From NCBI RefSeq assembly GCF_009914755.1, contig NC_060930.1: a DNA stretch of 64,000 nt; one strand, 5' to 3'. The position numbers and the translations under genes were made by a program. Shown piece by piece: positions 1 to 53,962 of this stretch. A model generated the notes under the pieces. The model ran no database searches and was not told where the DNA came from. It worked only from the letters and a program-made list of their open reading frames with translations. The DNA is from the human T2T-CHM13v2.0 reference genome, Homo sapiens. The stretch's first letter is position 1. The number at the start of each line of letters is the position of its first letter.

Positions 1-96
1 GGGTGTATTATATGAAATCCATCAAACTGTACACTTTAGTGCACATTATGTAAATTATAACTCAATATAAAAGTTATGCATATGCACAGATGTATG

Positions 97-161
97 TATA
101 CATATATACATTATATATATAATATATATATTATATATTATATATTTTATATATATATATA
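97..161. repeat. (TA)n-rich low-complexity tract
   Basis: Imperfect TA dinucleotide run. Confidence 0.85.
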
Positions 162-204
162 AAACTGGGGGTTAGGTGGGTGGGGGCTCAGGGAATAAAT
201 GTAC

Positions 205-9826
<9,622 letters not shown>

Positions 9827-10580
9827 GGCTGAGACATGGACCTGGGAGACAGAAGGCTCTCAAGGGAGGAGGAAGCAGCCGCGATTCCAGGGCAGGCCGG
9901 CTCTGCGGGTCTCCATGGGAACCTGCTTTACCTCAAAAGTCGTGTCTGCTCCAGCCTGGCTTCCCCACCCTCTCGCTGTCACCCAGACAACCTGAGGGCC
10001 TCATCGGACCATTAGGGACATACACACCTGCCAGGAGAGGGGTCCAAGGTTCCTCCCCCACGCCCCCCTCCCCAGTCCCTGGCTGCGTCCCCAGCCCTGC
10101 CGCAGAAACACTCCCCATGCTCAGGAAGCCTGAGTCCTCTCAGGCCCTCCCCTACCTGGTTGCTGGGTCTCCTGGGCAGGGCTGGCCCGGGCTTGACGTC
10201 ACAGGGCACTTAGGTCAGAGTTATAATTAACCGAGGCTCAGCAGAGGGGGAGGAAGGCCTCAACAGGGTGGGGGAGGACAGGCAACCCCTGGCCCTTTCG
10301 CTCCTGCCTGCCCAAAGCCACAGGCAGCAGCCCACGCCAGGGCGGGCCTCCCTTGGCTGCAGTGCGGAGGTGAGTGAGAGCTGGGGAGGAGGAAGGGAGT
10401 AAGCAGCGTGACTCAGGCCTGGCACAGTGCCAGGGACAGACCCAGATAGACGCACCCCTCTGCCCTCCAGAACCAGGGCCTCACTCCCACCCTGCAGCCC
10501 CCAAGGATTCAGGCACCCAGCCCCTCTGCTCCCCTCTCTGCCCCCACCACAGACGACAAGAGGATTTTGTGGGAAAATAT

Positions 10581-10586
10581 TTTATT
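10581..10586 (-). terminator. VARS1 polyadenylation signal AATAAA
   Basis: tttatt on + strand, 55 nt past the stop codon. Confidence 0.85.
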
Positions 10587-10640
10587 GCTGCCATCCCCAT
10601 GGTGAGCCGCTGGGGGTGAGGGGTGAAGCTGGGTGGTGGA

Positions 10641-28298
<17,658 letters not shown>

Positions 28299-28319
28299 CT
28301 AAGGAGAAAGAGAGACAGG

Positions 28320-29200
28320 GGAAGACTGCGGGATCGAGGTGGGTCCTATGTTTGAGTAGAGAGGGGACCCTCACGGGAGCTCCTTCGCCGCAGACACCCG
28401 AGTCCCATAGGACTGAGGGTCTGACCAGGCAGGCTGTCAGGAGCCGAGGACCTGGCTCTCAGAGGGGCAGTGTCAGTGGGGAGTTCCTGGGGAAGAGGAA
28501 CTATCCACCATCGCGGGGCTTCGGGGAGTGTGGAAGGCTCTCAGGAGCGGGTCGGCGTCTGGTTGGATGCGGGTTCGAGCCGCGTGTACGTACTGGAGGG
28601 AGATGGTCAGACTGGGCCGGGAATCCACCTCACAGCCAGGCGCCGGCCGCGGCTGGACCGGCCGAGCGGCCCGGGCGGAGGAGTCGAGCGGGCAGAGACG
28701 GTGGGCGGCTCTCCAGGTGACCCTAGTTCCCTAAGATCGCCGCCCCGGCAGCCGGCGCCCACGTGTTCCCCCCTTTGTGACAGGGAGCGTTTCCGGGCCT
28801 GCGGGTCCTGGCGGGGGCGGCCGTGCCCCGCCTGCGAGTGCGCGCCCGCCGTGTCCGACACTGCCCCGGGGGCCGCGCGGCTCGCCGCCCGCCGGTCTCA
28901 CGAGGAACAGCGCGGGGCGCGGGGCGCTGGGCGCGGACGCAGGACGAGAGGACACCCCTGAGCACGACGCTCCCGTCAGGCGCCGCCACGGGCACCTTGT
29001 GCGGGTCCTCGGCCGGGTGGCGAGGGCGGCGCCCAGCGGGCAGCTAGGGAACTGGCCCAAGAGGGTCGGCCGGCCCTGCCGGTGGAGGGCGTTCCCCACC
29101 CGGTAGCGGGGAGGTGCCCAGCAGGGAGCCGCCTGATGAGGACCGAAGGGGAGGTCCATTTGCCGAGGCCCTGGCGTCCAGCTTCCTCTTTGAGCCTCAT
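28320..29200. promoter_or_regulatory. CpG island / VARS1 promoter and non-coding first exon
   Basis: Very high GC and CpG density with GC boxes, directly upstream of the exon-2 acceptor (CTTTCTCCTTAG, exon starts 28298). Confidence 0.85.
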
Positions 29201-29207
29201 CTCCTCA

Positions 29208-29384
<177 letters not shown>

Positions 29385-30457
29385 TCACCAGGTCAGGAGT
29401 TCAAGACCAGCCAGGCCAAGATGGTGAAACCCCGTCTCTACTAAAAATACAAAAATTAGCCAGGTGTGGTGGCAGGCGCCTGTAATCCCAGCTACCCCGG
29501 AGCCTGAGGCAGGGAATTGCTTGAACCCTGGAGGTTGAGGTTGCAGTGAACTGAGATCGTGCCACTGCACTCCAGCCTGGCGACAGAGCTGCAGTATTTG
29601 TAAAAATACAAAAATTAGCCAGGCGTGGTGGCACACACCTGTAAGCCCAGCTACTTGGGAAGCTGAGGCAAGAAGATCACTTGAACCTGGGAGGCGGAGA
29701 TTGCAGAGCTAAGATCACACCACTGCAGTCCAGCCTGGGTGACAAAGTGAGACTCCATCTCAAAAAAAAAAAAAAAAAAAAAAAATTAGCCGGGCATGGT
29801 GGTGGGCATCTGTAATCCCAGCTACTCAGGAGCTGTGGCAGGAGAATCGCTTGAACCGGGAGGCGGAGGTTGCAGTGAGCCAGACCAAGCCAGTGCACTC
29901 CACCCTGGGCAACAGAGTGAGACTCCCGTCTCAAAAACAAAAAGGAGGGTCACACTAGATGGTCTCTAAGGGTCCCTTAAGGCTGAGAAGTCTCATCTGT
30001 ATCATGAACTCATATTTGCTGAATGAGTGAATGAAGTTTAGTAATTCCCAGTCACAACTTTTCTCTAAAATATAAATTACATCACTTGTATTTATCTTCT
30101 ATACATATTCAGAAAACATGAACTGATTTGGTTGGATTGGTGAAGTCTGGTAGCATGAAATGTATCTTATGACACTATCACATTAATGGAAGGACAGCAA
30201 GCACTCCAGTTGCAGGTATGGTATAAGCAAAAGGCCACAGGGAGAACATACAGGTAGGGACATGTTGGGGAAACATGGTGTAGAGCAACTGTATTATATG
30301 CTTTATACCAAGGAGAGTAGTGGGAAGCTGAGTTGGATTCTTGGCTGGGTTAACGCAGAGTAACAGGGGCTTGGATGAATTCGACATCCTTTTCCATGTC
30401 CCAGCCCCCTGCCCAACACATAGTAACAGAACCAAAACACAAATTTGCATCATAAAT

Positions 30458-30463
30458 TTTATT
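30458..30463 (-). terminator. LSM2 polyadenylation signal AATAAA
   Basis: tttatt on + strand, about 340 nt past the stop codon. Confidence 0.75.
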
Positions 30464-30804
30464 CCCGATGCGGGACAGATTCCTTCCATCCCCAAATGAA
30501 TCACATGCTGCCCTGGAAAGACCTAGGAAACTCTCCTACCATCTCCAGAGAAGTAGTGAGAAAGGCAGGTGCTGGGGACTGGGAAGGCTTTGAAGTTTCC
30601 CAGCCTACTTATCCTCCCCTTCTCAAGAGAGGATAGCTGTTCCCTATTACTCCTCTCATCCACTCATCCCTTAAAAAAAACCCACAAAACCATCATTAGT
30701 AAAAAAACAAAACCCCTTCAAGTATTGGGGGTTAGGGGTTCTGGGCTGGGACTTGGGGTTATGGGTCACCAATGAAAGAGGGAGGGGAAGAGGAGGAGGA
30801 GCCA

Positions 30805-39806
<9,002 letters not shown>

Positions 39807-40489
39807 GGTGCTGGCGCCGCGGGCAGCGGGCCGGACCGGGAAGACAGCAGGGTGCTGCGAGCAGGTCTGGGGAAACCGAAGCGCGAGCCCGCGCGTGGGG
39901 CGAGGCGGGACCGCGCAGGCGCAGCGGGAAGCGACGCAGAAAGCTCCAAGCGCTGACGGGCAAAGCGCGGCCGACTTGCGGCTGGGGAGCGCAAGCTGGG
40001 TAGAGTAGAGGGGAGGAGGAAGCCGGGAAAGGGGCGGGGTTTCCTTCATTCCGACTTCCTCCCTGGCCGGCCGGCTCCCATTGCGCAGGCGCGGACCCTA
40101 GCCTGGGCTGCCAGACGGGTGGCGGGACTCAGCGCCTGAGCTCAAAGGATTTTGTTCTTTTCCAGAATCCTGCCATCTACAGCGTGATGTGTTTGTGCCC
40201 TACACACACTTCCTATCGAGAATTGTGGGGAGTTTGTTAAGATTATGAAGTGTGCACTTTTCTATATTTGTTAAAGTAAAAACATAAAATTTAAAAAATA
40301 AAATTAAAAAATGTTTTGAATCTTAAATTCAGCTGATAAAAAGAAAAAAAGGCCGAGGGCCGTGGCTCAAGCCTTTAATCCCAGCACTCTGGGAGGCCTA
40401 GGTGGGTGGATTGTGTGAGGTCAGGAGTTCGAGACCAGTCTAGCCAACATGGTGAAACCCCATCTTCACTAAAAATACAAAAAAAATTA

Positions 40490-41254
<765 letters not shown>

Positions 41255-41343
41255 CTAACATTTCACTGTTAAATGTTTCAAACACAAACAGACAGAAATG
41301 CAGTTACATATTATTCTAACTCATATCCCCCAGGTTTTTATAA

Positions 41344-41487
<144 letters not shown>

Positions 41488-41860
41488 TGAGTAGCTGGGA
41501 CTACAGGCACGCATCACCGTCCTCAGCTAATTTTTGTATTTTTAGTAGAGACGGGGTTTCACCATGTTGGGCAGGATGGTCTCAATCTCTTGACCTCATG
41601 ATCCGCCCGCCTCGGCCTCCCAAAGTGCTGGGATTACAGGCGTGAGCCACTGTGCCCAGCTGGTAAAAATATTTTTTCATGGACTGAGACTTCATAAAAC
41701 TTGTATTTGTCATCTTGCATAGACATACTTATTTGTCAAGAGTTTGTTATAGAAATATTTTCTGGGGCTGGGCACGGTGGCTCACGCCTATAATTCCAGC
41801 ACTTTGGGAGGCTGAGGTGGGTGGATCACCTGAGGTCAGGAGTTCAGAACAGCCTGGTCA

Positions 41861-42142
<282 letters not shown>

Positions 42143-42382
42143 CTATAAGTGACATCAGGACATCAAGCAGGATTTGTCCCTCCACCCCCAGTTGAGTCCT
42201 AAACTCCAAAACCAGCTTGTAACTGATTAAAAGCAGTTATAGTTTGCCATCTGTTCCATCTGTGCTAAAGGTGTCTGAGGATCAAAAATTATGTGGCTGA
42301 TTGAAACAATGAGTTCATGGGCCGGGCACGGTGGCTCACGCCTGTAATCCCAGCACTTTGGGAGGCCGAGGCGGGCGGATCA

Positions 42383-42701
<319 letters not shown>

Positions 42702-43103
42702 TCACAGTGACCTCACAATCAGAGAACACATGCTCTCTCCATGAACTCTCCCCTTCAAGGTACATTCACAGCCTAAATACCAGAAGTAATTTTCTTTACG
42801 AACAAATTTACTGATTGACAAATAAGCATCCACACAGGAAGAAGAATGTTAGGGTGGCTGGAAATAACAGACATTCAAATACATCACACGGTTTAAAGAG
42901 GGGCCTAGTTTTCCTGAGTCCATTCCAAAGTCAGAAACAGGATGTGAGGGAGTGTGATAGGTGGTGCATGAGACTCCTTCTCCAGAATTTCCAAGGGATG
43001 GTAACTTAGATTCAGGTCTGGTCAAGAATAATAATGATGTTTGAAGATGAGGGGAATGAAATACATGTAGAGGCATCCTAGGATGCTTCAGTTCTAAAAA
43101 GAA

Positions 43104-45029
<1,926 letters not shown>

Positions 45030-47945
45030 GGTTCTCTGAGGCCTATGGAGAAAGAATAAGATACTGTTTTGGGAGAGTGCTTTTCAATGTTATTTATTTT
45101 TTTGAGACAGGGTCTTCCTCTGTCACCCAGGTTGGAGTGCAGAGGCGCAGTCATAGCTCACTGCAGCTTTGATCTCCTAGGCTCCAGCAATCTTCCTGCC
45201 TTAGCCTCCAGAATAACTGGAGACAACATGCCCGGCTAATTTTTTTTTTTTTTGAGACGGAGTCTTGCTTTGGACTGCAGTGGTGTGATCTAGGCTCACT
45301 GCAACCTCCACCTCCTGAGTTCAAGCGATTCTCCTGTCTCAGCCTCCCGAGTGGCTGGGATTATGAGGGCACCACCACGCCCAGCTAATTTTTGTATTTT
45401 TAGTAGAGATGGGGTTTCACGGTTTCACTATGTTGGCCAGGCTGGTCTCAAACTCCTGACCTCAGGTGATCCGCCCGCCTCGGCCTCCCAAAGTGCTGGG
45501 ATTACATACGTGAGCCACCGTGACCAGCTCTCTGCCTGGCTAATGTTTTAATTTTGTGTACAGATGGGGTCTCCTTATGTTGCTCAGGCTGGTCTCAAAC
45601 TCCTTCAGGGCTCAAACGATCCTTCAGCCCCAGCCTCCCCAAGTACTGGGATTACAGGAGTGAACATCTCGCCCAGCCTATTTTTTATTTTTTATTGTGG
45701 TAAAATACATACAAATTGTACCATCTTAACCATTTTTAAGTGTAGAGTTTGGTAGTGAGTTCAATCACAGCGGTGTTCAACCAATTTCCAGAATTCTGTT
45801 CATCTCGCAAAACTGAAACTGTATACTCATTAAGTAACTCCCGTTTTCCCCTCCCTTTATCGCCTGGTAACAACCATTTTTTTTTCTCATTTTTTAGAGA
45901 CAGGGTCTCGTTTTGTCACGCAGGCTGCACTGCAGTGGTGTAATCATGGCTCACTGCAGTCTTGACCTCCCAGGCTCATAGGATCCTTTTGTCTCAGCCT
46001 CCCAAGTAGCTTGGACCACAGGTGAATGCCACCACACCCAGCTAATTTTTTATTTTTTTGTAGAGACCAGGTCTCCCTGTTGCCCAAGCTAGTTTCTCAC
46101 TCCTGAGCTCAAGGAAACCTCCTCCCACCTCCAAGTCACCAAGTGTTAGGATTATAGGCTTGAGCCAAGGCGCCCGACCTCTTTTTTCTATCTCTATGAA
46201 TTTGACTACTCTTGTAACTTCATATAAGTGGAATTATACAGTATTTATCCTTTTGTGACTTTGCTTATGTCACTTAGCTTATGTGCACAGGTTTCATCCA
46301 TGTTGTAACATGTCACAATTTCCTTCCTAAGGCTGAGTAATATTCATATTTATATACCACTGTTTTTGATTTTGTTTTGAGACAGAGTCTCACTCTGTTA
46401 CCCAGGCTGGAGTGCAGTGGCATGATCTTGGCTCACTGCAACCTCCACCTCCTGGGTTCAAGCTAATTCTCCAGCCTCAGCCTCCCGAGGAGCTGGGACT
46501 ACAGGCGTGCACTGCCACGCCCAGATAATTTTTGTATTTTTAGTAAAAACAGAGTTTCACCATGTTGACCAGGATGGTCTCAAACTCCTAACCTTAAGTG
46601 ATCCGCCCGCCTCGGTCTCCCTAAGTTCTGGGATGGCAGGCATGAGCCACCACCGCACCCGGCCTATATACATTTTGCTTATCTATCTCTCGATGGATAC
46701 AGATTACAGAATTTACAGAATAATGTTGCTATGAGCAAGCCTATACAAATACATGGAGACGCTACTGTCATGGCAGACTGCTTTTTGGACAGGGTAGACA
46801 AAAGTATTCTCAGCTACTCAAAGAAGTTGGGAAGCAAGTAGCTGTATATTGTTTTCAATTTCCCAAGTGACCTAATTCTACTGTCCTGTTCCTATATATT
46901 TTACTGTGGGATTCTGTCTCTTTATGACCCAAGAGTAGTGTACATTCTGGTCTCTTCAAGAGACATCAGCCTCCACACTTGAGTTCTGCTGCCTTCCTGG
47001 GATAATATTCTCTATTAGGGGTTCACCGGCAGTAAATTCCAGTCAGGCTGAAGATGACTGCTAGAAAACCACAAGCCTTCCAGTTTTCTCAAACGACATG
47101 GCACTCCAGACAGTATCTGTATCCTTCTCCTAAATAAAACTCCTGTTTTCTGGAGCCAATAACTGATCAATAAAGGGTTTAAGGGCGGGGGGCGGTGGCT
47201 CACGCCTGTAATCCCAGCACTTTGAGAGGCCGAGGCGGGCGGATCACGGGGTCAGGAGAACGAGACCATCCTGGCTACCATCCTGGCTAACACGGTGAAA
47301 CCTCGTCTCTACTAAAAAATAGAAAAAATTAGCTGGGCGTGGTGGCGGGCGCCAGTAGTTCCAGCTACTCGGATGGCTGAGGCAGGAGAATAGCTTGAAC
47401 CCGGGAGGTGGAGCAATTAGCCGGGCGCGGTGGCGGGCGCCTGCAGTCCCTGCTACTCGGAAGGCTGAGGCAGGAGAATGGCCTGAACTCGGGAGGCAGA
47501 GCTTGCAGTGAGCCAAGATCGTGCCACTGCACTCCACCCTGGGCGACAGAGCGAGACTCCGTCTCAAAAAAAAAAAAAAAATTAAAAATAAATAAATAAA
47601 AATAAAATAAAGGGTTTAGTGTCTATCCCTCTCCACACCGCAGATTCCTAGGCCGCACTCCCTTTCCCCCGCTTCCCAGTTACCCCGCCTCCCCCTTACC
47701 CCGCCTTCCCCGCCTCCCCATTTCCCCGACAGGCCGCACTCCCTTCCCCCGCCTCCCCCATTCTGGCTGCTCCGACCAATCAATCTGAAGCCATCTTAGC
47801 TTTCCCCAAGTGCTCCTCCTACCCGGATCAGCCAACGCCCACATACCTCAGGCTTAAACCAACTAGGGAACTTTCCAGTACTTTCCCAAACAAGGACCTA
47901 CTGAGCCTTTCAGGTTCACAATCAATCAGATCCCTACTGGCTCAC

Positions 47946-48340
47946 CTAGTCTCCCGACGCCTTCGCTTCAGTTTGGAAACGTCCAGATTACGCAGCCCCA
48001 GCGAGTAGGTGGGGGCTCCCTCAATATCAAACTGCACAACCGGGGTCCCCCCACCCCCCACCCCGTCCCTCCCTGCAAATTTGAGACGGCTCCAACTCAG
48101 TAATCTTTTTCCAAACTGGCCCATGAGGTCAGAGACAGTATCTCCATTGTAACGTGGCCGGGCGGTGTCAACACAAACGCCCCCACCCTCCCCTGGACGC
48201 GCGTAACCCGCTCCCCGCACCAGCCCCCTGCCCACAACTGCGCAGGCCCAGCAAGCCCCCACAATTAAAAGCCCAGCGCCGACCCTTCCTGTCAATTAGG
48301 CGCTGAAGCGCAGGCGGTCAGCATCGCCATGGAGACCAAC
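47946..48340 (-). other. HSPA1L: HSPA1L exon 1 (5' end approximate), head-to-head with HSPA1A
   Basis: Strong donor ACTAG|GTGAGC at 47945 inside the CpG island shared with the HSPA1A promoter; a second donor TGAG|GTATGT at 47846. The TSS cannot be read from sequence. Confidence 0.7.
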
Positions 48341-48390
48341 ACCCTTCCCACCGCCACTCCCCCTTCCTCTCAGGGTCCCTGTCCCCTCCA

Positions 48391-48576
48391 GTGAATCCCA
48401 GAAGACTCTGGAGAGTTCTGAGCAGGGGGCGGCACTCTGGCCTCTGATTGGTCCAAGGAAGGCTGGGGGGCAGGACGGGAGGCGAAAACCCTGGAATATT
48501 CCCGACCTGGCAGCCTCATCGAGCTCGGTGATTGGCTCAGAAGGGAAAAGGCGGGTCTCCGTGACGACTTATAAAA
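48391..48576 (+). promoter_or_regulatory. HSPA1A heat-shock promoter: distal HSE, proximal HSE, two inverted CCAAT boxes, GC box, TATA
   Basis: Distal nGAAn array about 48392-48420; ATTGG at 48447 and 48531; proximal HSE CTGGAATATTCCCG 48491-48504; GGCGGG 48550; TATAAAA 48570-48576. Confidence 0.93.
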
Positions 48577-48636
48577 GCCCAGGGGCAAGCGGTCCGGATA
48601 ACGGCTAGCCTGAGGAGCTGCTGCGACAGTCCACTA

Positions 48637-50739
<2,103 letters not shown>

Positions 50740-50980
50740 GGGCCTTTCCAAGATTGCTGTTTTTGTTTTGGAGCTTCAAGACTTTGCATTTCCTAGTATT
50801 TCTGTTTGTCAGTTCTCAATTTCCTGTGTTTGCAATGTTGAAATTTTTTGGTGAAGTACTGAACTTGCTTTTTTTCCGGTTTCTACATGCAGAGATGAAT
50901 TTATACTGCCATCTTACGACTATTTCTTCTTTTTAATACACTTAACTCAGGCCATTTTTTAAGTTGGTTACTTCAAAGTA

Positions 50981-50986
50981 AATAAA
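50981..50986 (+). terminator. HSPA1A polyadenylation signal AATAAA
   Basis: AATAAA 242 nt after TAG, with U-rich sequence downstream. Confidence 0.85.
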
Positions 50987-52068
50987 CTTTAAAATTCAAG
51001 TGATGCCTTTTATTCCTTTATTTGGGGGTCAGTAGGGTCTGCATAGGTTGTTTTTCCCATAGCGTCTAAAATGGAATGGCATTTTTGCTTCCAGTAAGGG
51101 CAGATTTTGCAGAGGTGTGACTATTGTAATGTGATCCATTTGTGTTAGACAAATGGTATCCTCCAGTAAAGCTTCTTGATTCTGGCCAGGAGTGGTGGCT
51201 CAAGCCTGTAATCCCAGCACTTTGGGAGGCTGAGGTGGGCGGATCACTTGAGGTCAGGAGTTCCAGACCAACCTGGCCAATGTGGTGAAACCCTGTCTCT
51301 ACTAAAAACACAAAAATTAGCTGGGCGTGGTGGTGCGTGCCTGTAGTCCCAGGGAGGCTGAGGCAGGAGAATCGTGTGAACCCAGGAAGCAGTGGTAGCA
51401 GTGAGCCGAGATCACGCCATTGCACTCTAGCCTGGGCATCACAGCAAGACTCCGTCTCACACACACACACAAAAAAGTAAAGTTTGTTGATGCTGATTGG
51501 GTTTAGCCTGAGGGTACAGAAAAAGTTTAACACCTGGGAGGGTAGCCTTAAAGTGATGTTTGTGTAAGATTGGTCTCAAAAGAGGTGGGAGGGGGGCGGG
51601 GATGTTTCTGCAAAAGTGGTCAAAAAGAATGCAGTTAGATGGGAGGCCAGCGCTCCTACCTCCTGTAGGTACACCTGATATGCTCATGGACTTGATACTT
51701 AATCTAGATTCAACATGGAATGGAAGGAGTGTCCTAAATTTCAAAGTGAAAAAACGGGTACATTCACTGGCTTGCTGAGTTATACACATGTGCTTTAGTT
51801 GTCATCTTTTAAAATGGAAGGGTTTGGCTCGATGCCTCTCTCATGACTGAAAGCATACTGAAATAGAAATGTCACATTCTTAGCAGTTATCACCTACAAT
51901 TTAAGTACGCCAGTGAGCACCCGGGCCAGGAAGACCTACAGACTTCACTCCCATGCACTTTCCCTTGGAGATGCTTCATGCCCCAGCCGCTAGCATCCTA
52001 GAAGTAATTCCCTCCTCCTTGGAAAACGCCCACTACAATCCTTAAAGCTCCCGGAGTGAGCCCTTTTA

Positions 52069-52353
<285 letters not shown>

Positions 52354-52356
52354 CTA

Positions 52357-52705
<349 letters not shown>

Positions 52706-53605
52706 CTAAGGGCGATGAAAATGTTTTGGAACCAGAGTTGACGGTTGCATAACATTGTAAAGGTCAAGGCTGCAGTGAGCCATGACTGTACCACTGCACT
52801 CCAGCCTGAGCAACAGAGTGAGACCCTGTCTCTAAAAAAAAAAAAAAGAAAAAAAAATCAATTGTATCAATATTACATTAAAGCACTTTATGAGCTTATG
52901 TGTACCTCAAAGCCCATCAAACCATTCACTAAATACTTGTTAATGAAGAAAATCCAGTGTTATGGGAAATGATACATAAAGGTAGACCTTGCTTTGGAAG
53001 TTTGAAAATAGAAAATAAATATGAAATGCTTAGGTTTCCAGGCCAGTCTACAGAGGAACATTTATCTCTTATGGTAGTTAAACTGTAGTACTGTGGACTC
53101 TGGCCACAATGTAAATCAATCTTCATGGGAATATGCCTTTGCTATAGGACCTCCTCTCCCCTTCAGAGCTGCAGTAGCATTTGTGACTCTGATCTGCAGA
53201 CCCTGTAGTGACTCTAAACCAGGAGCAACTACCACTACTGTGGCATGGAGTGGGGAAAAAGGTAATTGGAAAAGGGTGGAGATGGGGAAGGACCTACCAA
53301 ATGCCTTTGTTGACACAGTAGAGAAGTCATCAGACATAACATTGAATGGAGGCAATAAGAGAGTTCCTATGGCCCTATCAAGCTTATTAGTAGGTGTTTT
53401 AACAAGAAATATGTAAAAATTATTACTTGTCGGCCGGGCGTGGTGGCTCATGCCTGTAATCCCAGCACTCTGGGAGGCCGAGGCGGGTGGCTCACTAGGT
53501 CAGGAGTTCAAGACAAGCCTGGCCAAGATGGTGAAACCCCACCTCTACTAAAAATACAAAAATTAGCTAGGCGTGGTGGTGGGCGCCTGTAATCCCAGCT
53601 ACTCA

Positions 53606-53962
<357 letters not shown>

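Noticed and set aside
48329-48394. Strong-Kozak 21-codon ORF (METNTLPT...) present upstream of both HSPA1A and HSPA1B
   Set aside because: Lies upstream of the TATA-defined TSS and is shared simply because it is inside the duplicated promoter block.
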